Shown: piece by piece, positions 8,624 through 19,300 of the stretch
How the letters are laid out: each line of letters opens with the position of its first letter
How positions within the stretch are numbered: position 1 is the first letter of the stretch
Source of the DNA: an uncultured Prolixibacteraceae bacterium
GTDB taxonomy: Bacteria > Bacteroidota > Bacteroidia > Bacteroidales > FEN-979
Length of the DNA: 64,000 bases
Direction of reading: 5' to 3'
Assembly (NCBI GenBank): GCA_964455285.1
Contig: CAYVVG010000007.1
Location: 1,751-65,750 of the forward strand
Made by a program: the position numbers and the translations under genes
The notes under the pieces: generated by a model
What the model was told of the DNA's origin: nothing
The model's input: only the letters and a program-made list of their open reading frames with translations
Database searches by the model: none

Positions 8624-11600
8624 TTACGGGCGAATGTATTTGATGATAGCAGATGGATCGGCAGAAGGGGAAGGACACAGTTCCAGGAACCAGTTCCCGG
8701 CGTCTTTCAGTTCCCCGGTGAACCGGGTAATGTCCACTTCATGATCGCCCGCTTCAAAATTGCCCAGCGATGCCGTTTTCACCTTCTTCCCGTGCATGTC
8801 GAGGATACGCAGGAAAAGGTTACCCCCGTAGCAGGCATGGAAAGAGAGCGTCGCAGATAACTGTCCCGGATTAGGATAGACGGATGCTGTGCTGATCATC
8901 CCTTTTCCGGGCCGGTATTCATCCATTCCCAACGGGAAGACGGAAAGCATTCCCTCTTCGCCACCTCCCAGTATGTTCTGCGACTGATGGTTGCCGATGA
9001 TACCGTCTTCGGCGGCAAGGCGATATTCACCGCGGATATTGCCTATTGCCAGCCGGAAGGTCACAACCGCCCCATCATTACCCGTGAAAGATGAATTGTC
9101 GGGAGAATAGGAGAAAATGCGCAGGAGATTTTGATCGGTCAAGCTTCCGATCACAGCATGGTTGGCGCTTCGGCCGGTCAGTTGAAGAGAGTTTTCAATA
9201 AAAGTGGTATGTTCAGGAAGTGGAAGGTCAAGCTGGAAAGAGATAAAGGGATCGGTGTTGCGGATGTCGGCCGTGATAACGACCGTGTCGCCCGGCCGGG
9301 CCGAAGCCCCCAGGATAGAAAGGGTGTTCCCAGGTGTGTTCGGGGAATGTTTCTCCAGGAGCATCGGATCGCCGGGAAAGAATAACCCCGAATCACATGC
9401 AACGGCCGATTTCTTCTTCGCTGTGATGATGTTCACTACTCCGATCACGTCAAGGATGTTAATCTCATTATCACCGTTGACATCCGCGGCATCGTAAAGA
9501 AAAGGTTGCGGATTCTGGGCGATGATATATGCGATGATGGAGGTGATATCGAGCACGTTCACTACCATATCCCCGTTCGCATCTCCAAGGATCGTATTAT
9601 AGGGGATGGCGTCGGCAAAACGCGATGAATCGGACTCCCTGAAATCGGTATTCACCACCCGGTAAAAATACCAGTAGTGCTGTCCGGGAATCACATTAAA
9701 ATCGGTATAAGTCGTGTCGGTGATCAGTTCGGCATTGATTCTTTCCGGGGAGGTAAATGTCGTGTCGGTCAGGTTCCGGAACCGGTACAGATTGAATCCC
9801 AGAAGGTCGGAAATGCCGGCATTGTTCCACTCGAGATAGATTTTCCCGATCAACGGCTGGGCTATGAAGTCGATCGAGGCCGATCCCGCAGCCTGGATGT
9901 TGAACCGGAATCGTGTGTCTTCGACAGGAATTTCCATTCCGTCCGGGTCACGGGCTCCGGCGACCCGGATCTGCTGGAGACCGTCGCCGGTGAAAAGCTG
10001 GACCGGGAACACGGCATGCCACTCCTTCCGGTCAGCCGTCCACCCGGCCGAATCGGCCACTCTATTCTGGGTAAATGGCTGTCTCACACCGAAACTCAGG
10101 TTCGGCGGGAATGCGGTATCCATCGGCCGGTTGAAAAAGACCCGGAAGTGGACATTTCCCACTCCTGCGGGATCAGGAACCTCATCCTGCGCATCAATCC
10201 CGTTGACCAGCACTTTCCATACATGCCCGGGACATGAATCGGAGGGGGCGATGAGATAGGGATTGTAGATCAACAGGGGCAGGCCGGCATTTTTCCAGAA
10301 GTCGTAGTATTTCTGCCTGATCTTCAGGGTATCGGTGGTCCCCCAGTATTGCTGCTTGAAATCAATGGCATCGCTTCCGCCAGCCGATATCACAAAATAG
10401 TTCGGAGAATCATTGTTGATAAAGGTGTTCTTGACATAGTTCTGGTCATCATCCACACTTAAAAGGAAAGAAGGCAGCCACATAGAGGGCCAATTCGGAT
10501 ATAAGTACTTGTATAGGTTCACGATCTTGTTACAAACAGTGTACTTCATTGAGGGGATACTCTTGGTATAACTGAAGATCAGGTTGTCAAGAGTGCACCG
10601 GATCACCCTGCCTTCGAAATTACTATAGATTATGATGTTGTGGAATGCGGTGCCAATCATCGAATCAGCCTTGATCCACTCTCCGGAAATATTTTCGACC
10701 CGGCAATTGACGATTTTACTGACCTGCACACCGGCGCCGTTGGCTATATGGCAGTTTGAAACAGTGCCACTGGTGCCGAGAACGCTTCCATTCAGGTTGA
10801 AGTCGACGTATGCGTATTGGCATGTGCCGCCAATGGCGCCTTTGATCCGGACGAGGCTGTCGGAGGTGCCGACGGCACGGACCAGCCCCCGGTTGTCAAC
10901 CCCGGCGTTTACATGTAACTGTGTTCCGGGGAGAATCGTCATCGTTACCCCGGTGCCGATCCGAAGACTGTTATTGATCAGCCAGAGCCGGTCGGGAGTA
11001 AGGGTGATATCCTGGGATATGAGACCCGATAATTCGTTGCCGTTGTAAACCCTGAAACCGATTGTCTGGACGTATTCGGCAGTATCACCGGCGTTCTTCA
11101 TCACCACATCGAGCTGAACATTCTGATCGTTGATGGCCGAAGGTTTTATGAAAACCGTGAAGGGCAGCAGCTGGTTTGTCATTGTGGCCCATGTGCCGAT
11201 ACCGCCAAGGTAGGTGCTGTCGTTGAGAATCTGCACGCTGGCGGTGTCACCGTAAGGAGAGGGCTGAAGTTTCACAAAGGCGCTGTCGGCCGGGCCGAAT
11301 GTGTTGCGGACCTTTACCCATAGCTGGATCGTTTCTCCTGCGTCAGCCTGACCGTCGCGGTCGTCGCCCGGAAGGGTATCGGTTACCGTAGTTGCAAGCA
11401 GGTCGAATACCGGGTATTTGATCGAGTTGAACATGGCCTGCTGTATGTTGATTACCCCGGAAGCCGTATGAATGAGATCACCCCACAGGTCTTCATTTGA
11501 CCTTGCAGGATAGAATGCACGGTAGAGGGCAACCGCGCCCGATACGCAGGGGGCGGCCATGGAGGTGCCGCTCAGGGTTTTATAAGTCCCGTTGCGGAAG

Positions 11601-12826
11601 GTGCTGAGCAGTCCGGACCCTGGAGCGGTCAGTTCATAGTTGAACCCATCGGCATAAGCAGAGTAAATCGGTCCGTCGGGGTCGTAGTTGGAAAAATAGG
11701 CGTTGGCCTGTACCCCAAAAACATAGGGCAATCCGGCAGGATAGAATAACGTAGGATTCATCGGGTCGGCAGAATAAATGCTTTGATGGTCGTTCCCGGC
11801 AGCCGCCACCAGCACGGCGGTAAGATATGCGTTTTGCAGGGAGGTCTCCATGGTAAATGAGCGGGCATACGTTCCGAAGCTCATGTTCAGGATGGTCGCC
11901 CCGGCCGCCGCGGCATAATTGATCCCCTGGGCGATCGTAGCGGCATCGCCGTACCCATTGGCCTGGAATACTTTCAATGCCATGATCTTTGCCCGCGGGC
12001 TGATGCCCGAGATCCCGATGTTGTTGTTTCCCCTGGCCGCAGCGATGCCAGCCACATGAGTTCCGTGACCGTTGTCGTCCATGGGATTGTTGTCATTGTT
12101 CACCAGATCCCATCCCCTCACATCATCTGCGTACCCGTTGCCGTCGTCGTCGATACCGTTTCCGGGGATCTCTCCCGGATTGATCCACAGGTTGGGGCTC
12201 AGGTCGGGATGGAGCCAGTCAATTCCCGTGTCGAGGATGGCGATCACCTGGGTGCTGTCTTTACCGTTCACTGAATCCCACACGGCATCGGCATGAATAG
12301 CCGGAATATAGTTTTGCTGCCCATATAGCGGGTCATTCGGCGGGGAAGCAGGAGAGGAGAACGTTTCCGGCGGGACTGAGGGTGCTGCTCCATCAATGTT
12401 TAAAAGATAGTTGGGTTCAGCGAAGATCACGTTGGGATCACCGGTCAATGCTTCGATGACACGGAACGTAGCTCCGGGATCCCCTGTTTTCAGCCGGTAG
12501 ATGTTGTGGAGAGAAGGCCGTTCAAATGTCCGCCCATCATACCCTTTCAGTATTATTTTATCGGTTGGTGCAGTAACGCCAATGAAAAGCTTTTCTCCCG
12601 ACACAACCCCCTCCTGAACCAGGATCCGGTCGATCGATGCAATCCCAGTCTGAACCGTGTTTGACCGGGCAGCTAAGTTGACCTTTACCTCGTCGTGAAA
12701 TCTTACGAGGATCTCACCGGGAACCATCTTCTTTATCGGTAATTGATTGAATAAAACCGGTGAATTTTGTGCGTCGACGACATGACCGATCCACGCCAAC
12801 AGCGTCAGGAGGAGCAGTTTTTTCAT
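8624..12826 (-). CDS. S8 subtilisin-family protease with dockerin, cohesin-like module and T9SS C-terminal domain
   Basis: Signal peptide MKKLLLLTLLAWIGHVVDAQ. Catalytic triad contexts AILDTGIDW, HGTHVAGIAAA, SGTSMAAPCVSG. Dockerin-type duplicated Ca-loop GDANGDMVVNVLDITSIIAYI ... DVNGDNEINILDVIGVVNII (DNA about 9430-9600). Cohesin-like VVITADIRNTDPFISFQLDLPLP. CTD SVYPNPGQLSATLSF... Confidence 0.9.
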   Translation of the reverse strand: MKKLLLLTLLAWIGHVVDAQNSPVLFNQLPIKKMVPGEILVRFHDEVKVNLAARSNTVQTGIASIDRILVQEGVVSGEKLFIGVTAPTDKIILKGYDGRTFERPSLHNIYRLKTGDPGATFRVIEALTGDPNVIFAEPNYLLNIDGAAPSVPPETFSSPASPPNDPLYGQQNYIPAIHADAVWDSVNGKDSTQVIAILDTGIDWLHPDLSPNLWINPGEIPGNGIDDDGNGYADDVRGWDLVNNDNNPMDDNGHGTHVAGIAAARGNNNIGISGISPRAKIMALKVFQANGYGDAATIAQGINYAAAAGATILNMSFGTYARSFTMETSLQNAYLTAVLVAAAGNDHQSIYSADPMNPTLFYPAGLPYVFGVQANAYFSNYDPDGPIYSAYADGFNYELTAPGSGLLSTFRNGTYKTLSGTSMAAPCVSGAVALYRAFYPARSNEDLWGDLIHTASGVINIQQAMFNSIKYPVFDLLATTVTDTLPGDDRDGQADAGETIQLWVKVRNTFGPADSAFVKLQPSPYGDTASVQILNDSTYLGGIGTWATMTNQLLPFTVFIKPSAINDQNVQLDVVMKNAGDTAEYVQTIGFRVYNGNELSGLISQDITLTPDRLWLINNSLRIGTGVTMTILPGTQLHVNAGVDNRGLVRAVGTSDSLVRIKGAIGGTCQYAYVDFNLNGSVLGTSGTVSNCHIANGAGVQVSKIVNCRVENISGEWIKADSMIGTAFHNIIIYSNFEGRVIRCTLDNLIFSYTKSIPSMKYTVCNKIVNLYKYLYPNWPSMWLPSFLLSVDDDQNYVKNTFINNDSPNYFVISAGGSDAIDFKQQYWGTTDTLKIRQKYYDFWKNAGLPLLIYNPYLIAPSDSCPGHVWKVLVNGIDAQDEVPDPAGVGNVHFRVFFNRPMDTAFPPNLSFGVRQPFTQNRVADSAGWTADRKEWHAVFPVQLFTGDGLQQIRVAGARDPDGMEIPVEDTRFRFNIQAAGSASIDFIAQPLIGKIYLEWNNAGISDLLGFNLYRFRNLTDTTFTSPERINAELITDTTYTDFNVIPGQHYWYFYRVVNTDFRESDSSRFADAIPYNTILGDANGDMVVNVLDITSIIAYIIAQNPQPFLYDAADVNGDNEINILDVIGVVNIITAKKKSAVACDSGLFFPGDPMLLEKHSPNTPGNTLSILGASARPGDTVVITADIRNTDPFISFQLDLPLPEHTTFIENSLQLTGRSANHAVIGSLTDQNLLRIFSYSPDNSSFTGNDGAVVTFRLAIGNIRGEYRLAAEDGIIGNHQSQNILGGGEEGMLSVFPLGMDEYRPGKGMISTASVYPNPGQLSATLSFHACYGGNLFLRILDMHGKKVKTASLGNFEAGDHEVDITRFTGELKDAGNWFLELCPSPSADPSAIIKYIRP

Positions 12827-12872
12827 AGGTTGATAATTTTATTTCGTGAGTTAAGCAATCATTTTCATCAGG

Positions 12873-12890
12873 AATCCGGTATTCCGGATT
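12873..12890. promoter_or_regulatory. perfect palindrome AATCCGG-TATT-CCGGATT upstream of the protease operon
   Basis: 7-bp arms with a 4-nt spacer, 47-64 nt upstream of the ATG at 12826. Possible operator; no regulator identified. Confidence 0.25.
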
Positions 12891-13252
12891 GCCGTTTACA
12901 TGGTCTACCGGGTGGGGAACTGGGGGAAGCATGTAAATTTAGTTTTTTTCGGAAAAAAACATGCAATCGGATGTGAAATATTCTTTACAGCCGGCATTTC
13001 TCAACCGGATCGCTTCATCCAGGTCCCGGGGGGCACTTCGGTCACCCGTCTGCCGGAATGAGATAGGTCGTCCTATCATAACCCATTCACGAATTTTTGG
13101 ATTCCTTCTTTTGTTACGCCGGTAACAGGACCGGATATTGAAAAAATATCCATATGTTTTCCATTTGCACAAGATGCGTATAAACAATCAATTACCGGGA
13201 TAATTTTCCGGAATTGAAAAATATTTTCCTGTTTATTCCCTCACACCTTGGA

Positions 13253-13260
13253 TATATTTG
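13253..13260 (+). promoter_or_regulatory. candidate -7 promoter box (TATATTTG)
   Basis: Matches TAnnTTTG, 82 nt upstream of the ATG at 13343. Confidence 0.3.
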
Positions 13261-13342
13261 GAATCAGTCTTATTATTGCATATCCGTTACCGGAAGAACC
13301 TGAGAATACCATAATAAAAACATAAACCCAAACCAGACACCC

Positions 13343-16300
13343 ATGCGAATTCATCTACTTTTCCTGGCTCTGTTCCTTTTTGTGGCAGGAGGGACTCCTG
13401 CGCAGAACAGGAGCCTGAACACGCAGCCGGATCCCGATCGTGAACGGTTGCTGCGGATGGCCGAATCCTTCGACCAGAGATTTTTGCTCCGCCGGGCCGA
13501 ACTGGAACGGGTTGCCCGGGAAAAGGGCTGGACACTCAGGGAGGAGACCAACGAGGGGGTGACCGAGATCCAGTTTATCGACGAACGGGGCTTTCCCCAG
13601 GCCTATCGCACCACCAACCTCAACGCGGGCCGTACCACCAACACCGACGATATCTGGGTGGGCGGATCGACCGGGCTGAACCTCACGGGCAGCGGATACG
13701 TGGTGGGCGAATGGGACGGCGGTGGCGTGCTGACCACCCACCAGGAGTTCGACAACGGGGCAGGTACGCGGGTGACCCAGGTTGACGGGCCGGTGGCTTC
13801 TCATTACCATTCCACACATGTCGCCGGCACCATCATAGCCGAGGGACAGGTGGCCGCCGCCCACGGCATGGCCACACAAGCCTTGCTGAATGCCTACGAA
13901 TGGACCAACGATGTGGCCGAGATGACCACGGCGGCGGCCAACGGCCTTACCCTGTCGAACCATTCCTACGGCTGGAACCGGGGGTGGAACTCCAGCGGAG
14001 GAAACATGTACTGGTGGGGCGATCCTTCGGTCAGCGCGACCGAAGATTACCTGTTCGGATTTTACGACGCCTCCTCCCAGGCCTGGGACCAGATTGCCTA
14101 CAATGCGCCCAACTACCTGATCGTTAAATCGTCGGGCAATGACCGGAACGATGCTTATACAGGCAGTCACTATGTATATAACGGCGCCTCGTGGGTCCTT
14201 TCCAATGCGGTGCGTGATCCCGACGGAGGCGCCGACGGGTACGACTGCATCGAACAGCAGGGTGTGGCCAAGAACATCCTGACCATCGGGGCCGTGAACG
14301 ACATCCCCGCTGGATGGAGCAGTTCCGCCAGTGTCGTCCAGAGTGCTTTCAGCAGCTGGGGCCCCACCGACGACGGCCGGATCAAGCCCGACCTGGTGGC
14401 CAACGGCGTGGGCGTGTATTCCACCACCAACACCGGCAACACCGACTACACCACCCTCGACGGCACCTCGATGGCCACCCCGAATACCACGGGCACGCTT
14501 GTCCTGTTGCAGAGTTATTACCAGTCGCTGCGCGGAGGGACCATGAGCGCGGCTGCCCTGAAGGGTCTTGTCATCAACACCGCCAACGAGGCGGGACCAG
14601 CCAACGGTCCGGATTATCAGAACGGCTGGGGACTTCTGAACGCATCAGGCGCGGCCGCCCTGATCACTGCCGACAACACCCAGGGAGGGAGGATCGTACA
14701 GGGCATCCTTGTAAACGGTCAGACCACCGACTACACCTATTATTGCGACGGGACCACCAATGTCAATGTCACCCTGAGCTGGACCGACCCGGCAGGCACC
14801 CCCCCGGCGGCTTCGCTGAATCCCACCGCCCTTATGTTGGTTAACGACCTCGACATGAGGTTGATAGGAAGCACCACCACCAATCCATGGGTCCTGAACC
14901 CGGCTTCCCCCTCGACGGCCGCTTCGAAGAGCGATAATTTCCGCGACAACGTGGAGACCATCAACCTTCTCAGTCCGGCCGCCGGCTACTACACCATCCG
15001 GATCACCCACAAGGGCGCCCTCAGCGGAGGTCAGCAGGCCTATGCCCTCATCGTAAACGGCATGCGGACGGCACCGACCGGCACTTATTGCGCAGCAAGG
15101 TCGACCTCCTGGGCCTCCTTCGAATTTATCAGCAAAGTTGTCATGGGTTCCATCAGCAATACAACCGGGAGATCGCCCGGCGGATACCATGACTATACGG
15201 GGATGGTGAATAAACTGGTCAAGGGGGCGACCCAGTCATTATCTGTGACCATCAACGGTTATGCCAGTGATTACGGGCGGGTCTGGATCGACTGGAACCA
15301 GGACGGCTACTTCACCGGTGCCGGCGAAGAGTATGTGCTCGGCTCGGGTGCCGGACCTGTCTACTCCATCAACATCACCGCTCCCATGAACGCGGTCGTG
15401 GGCTTTACTGCCATGCGGGTGAGGCTTGGGTACAGTGTGGCACCCACTGCCTGCGGCACCACCGGATACGGAGAAACGGAGGATTACACCATCCAGGTGC
15501 AGTCGGGCTGTGATGCCGGCGGGGGATGCGACGAATACATCAGCCGCGTGCAGGCCGGCTCGATCGACAACAGCACCGGGTGCAGCGGGTACGCCGATTA
15601 CACGGCCACCCATTCGACCAGCCTTCCCGTGAACGGTATCGTGCATGTCACGGTTACGAACGGGGTATCCCTGTACAGCGCCGACCAGTGCGGGATATGG
15701 GTGGACTGGAACCGCAACGGCAGTTTCCTGGATGCCGGCGAACAGGTCACGGTGACGGGGACTCCGGGCAGCGGTCCTTACGCGGCAGCGGTGGTTCCTC
15801 CGTCGGGCCAGACGACCGGTATCGTAACGATGCGGGTCCGGATCACTTATACCGGCGCTGTCGGCCCCTGTGGTTCGACCACTTACGGGGAGGTGGAAGA
15901 CTATACCCTGAATCTCACCGCACAGGTACCGAACCAGTGGGTGGGGAACATCAGCAACGACTGGTTCGACCCGCTCAACTGGTCGCTGGAGCACATACCG
16001 GCCACGACCGAGGACGTCACCATCAGCACCGGTTATCTTTATTACCCGATCATCGGCAGCGGAGTGGGTGTATGCAACAATCTGACGGTAGGATCCGGTG
16101 CGAGGATCAGCGTGGGGAACGGCGATCTCAGCATTGCCGGGAACATGGACATTTACGGCCAGGCGGAAGAGACCAGCGTCAATTCCGACTTTGTGGTCGG
16201 GGGGAACATCCTGTGGCAATCCGGATCGACCGCCAATATCCTGGCCGGCGAGTTCTGGGTGACGGGAAACTGGGAATTCAGGAGTGGCGCCAACGCCAAC

Positions 16301-19300
16301 CTGGCCAACGGGATTGTTGTTTTTGATGGAGCCACTGCCTCCAACATCCGGAATTATACCGCAGCCTGTTCCTTCGCCTCCATTTACAATTACAAATCGT
16401 CGGGAGGCTATGTGAACTTCAGCGGAATGTCGACCGATACGACAAAAATCAACGGGAACCTGGTCAACTTTTATACCTCCAGCCTGACCGAATCGTACTC
16501 CTCTTACCCGGTCGTTCTGAAGGGCGGTTTCACCAACAGCGGGAACCTGCAATGTGTTTACGGCACATTCATTTTTAACGGGACTTCGCACACGATCAAC
16601 CTGAATACCGGCGATTTCTTCAATCACCTTGTGATCAACTCTTCCGGAAGTACTTCGCTGGCCGACTCCCTCCGTGTCCACGGGAACCTCACCATCCGGA
16701 GCGGAAGCCTGGCGGCGGGCGCCTTCCCCATCATAATCGAAGGGAACTGGACCAACCAGGTAGGGCCTGCGGGGTTTGACGAAGGTACCGGGAAGGTGGT
16801 TTTTGACGGTCCCGGACATCAGTACGTATTGTCGGACGAAACCTTTAACATCCTGGAAGCCAGCATGGGAGCTGCCTTACGCGTGGCCAGCGTATCGCAC
16901 ACGGTAAGCTGCAACCAGTATCTCTGGACCTCGGGGGGTATTGATGTGCTGGCGGGGACCTTCACCGCGCTGGACCTGGTCCAGAACGGACTCTACGGAG
17001 GTTTCTGGCTGAATCCCAACGGGACCATCAACCTGTACAACAACGATGGTTGGGTTGATCTGAACGGCGAGATCCACATCTATGGCGGGAATTTCAATGT
17101 TTACGGGGGGAACGGCTCGGCCAGCTTCTGGCCTTATGCCGCCAACGGGATCATCGAAATGAATGCGGGAACGCTTGATTTCAAGAATACGGGTATCCTG
17201 GTCTATAACACCGGAACCTATTCGCTGACTGAAAACATTACCGGCGGGACGATCCGCACGGCGGGGAGTTTCCTGGTCAACCGGGCCGATTATACCCCGT
17301 CGGGAGGGACCACCGAACTTTACGGCGCCACCGATGCCGGTGTTGAGACAACCAACGGAGGATACCTGTACCACCTGATCATAAACAAAGGGGTGGCCGA
17401 TGGCAGCAGCATTCCCGGTCCGGCAATGGTCCGTGACCGGTTTACGGGATGGGTGACCGATGCCCCGGCAAGCAATACGGTTGGTGCGACCAACCTGTTG
17501 GATGTCAACGGGAACATGCTGATCCAGTCGGGGATCTTCAATGCAGGCCTGCAGACGATCCAGGTAGCCGGAAACTGGACGAACCTGGCGGGAACCGGCG
17601 GTTTTCTGGAGGGTACCAGTACGGTGGTCTTCGACGGGGCCGATTGGAAAAGTGTGACGACCCCGGAGGATTTCTACAATCTTACACTGAACAAAACCTA
17701 TCCATCCGCAGGGGCTCTGGTCCTTACCGGAAATTGTAACGTAGCCAACGACCTGACGGCCAGCGACGGCGCATTCACCCTGTCCTCCAGTGTCAGTCTG
17801 AATGTCGACGGGAATCTGACCATTGCCGTGAATGGTGCGTTAAGTGCCAATCCGGGTTCCGTCATCAGCGTTGCAAAAAACTGGTTTGATGGAAATACCA
17901 CAGCCTATTCAGCCAATCATGGATTCAACCCGGTCGAATGCACGGTGATCTTCGACGGGAACGCCGATCAGTTCGTTACTGCCGCCAATCCATCTGAAAT
18001 GTTCTATCATCTGGTTATCAACAAAGCCTCCGGGAAATTCAGGTCGAATAATAATGCCCATTGTTTTGGCAACGTTACGATCACCAGCGGGACCTGGGAG
18101 GACAACGTGGCCGGTCTGGACCATCAGATTTTTGGCAATTTTACAACAGGGGCCTCAGGGGTTTTCAACACAACTACCATGGCGAATACGGTCACTTTCA
18201 CCGGTTTACAGCATTCGATCCTTACCTATAATGGCGCGTCAGGGTCTTTGCGGAACATCGAAGTGTTTAAAGGCATTGGTTTTTCGGTCATGCAGGCAGG
18301 AAATATCAACCTGCCATCCGGAGGGAATCTGACCATTCACCAGGGTTATTATATACTGAGCGGGAACCAGCTGAGTGTATCCGGTGATGTTGCAGTAAAT
18401 AATGCCGGATATCTTTACATGGGTGCGGGGTCGACCCTGGTGATGACCGACGCCCGCAGCATCAGCATTAATGCAGGCGGGAGGTTCGAAGGGATAGCGA
18501 CCATCTCTAATCCGGCCATTGTCAGGGCCAATGTCGGATCAGCACGCTACAATTTCAACATTAACAGCGGAGGAACAATATCAACCAACTACTGCCTTTT
18601 CCGGAACATGGGAACCGCCGGTGTGAACGTGACAGCCGGAGGATTTGTGGATGTTGCAAATGCCTTTTTTGGTTGCGGATTCCAGGATGGGGCTATCGGG
18701 GGCACCCTCCTGACCATCGACAACGGCCAGGTCCTGACCATCCGGAACGCCATTTTCCCGGCCAACACCTGGTCGGGGACAAGCAACGTCTCGAAGAACG
18801 TCAATGCAGGCCAGGTCTATTTCGTCGATTACACCGGCGGGTTCTCCGGTGAGTCGTTCGACAACGACCCCAACAACCGGGTGTCCTGGGTGCCGGCCCT
18901 GACCGCATCGGCTTCGGCGACTCCGCCGTCGATCTGCGCGGGATCATCCTCACAATTGAATACGACTGTCACCGGCGGGCTGGCTCCCTATGGATACCAG
19001 TGGTCGCCCGGTACCGGATTGTCGGGAACCACGCTGGCCAACCCGGTAGCCACGCCAAACACCTCCCGGACCTATTCGGTGACGGTGACCGACGCCCTGG
19101 GAACCACGGCCACCGGCAACGTGACTGTCACCGTGACCCCGGTATTGCCGGTCAGCGTCTCCATCGCAGCTTCGGCAAACCCCTCGCCTCCGGGAAATTT
19201 CGTCATGTTCACCGCGACTCCGGTCAACGGGGGTTCGTTGCCTTCCTACCAGTGGAAGGTGAACGGGGTGAATGCGGGAACCGGATTGCCGACATACAGT

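Noticed and set aside
15239-16819. 526-aa ORF antisense to the 2203-aa subtilase gene, with similar antisense or out-of-frame ORFs at 13355..14170, 14645..15190, 16877..17374 and 18950..19597
   Set aside because: Long stop-free antisense frames are typical of GC-rich DNA. The translations are Arg/Gly/Pro-rich and motif-free, while the sense frame has clear S8, P-domain, GEVED and CTD motifs.
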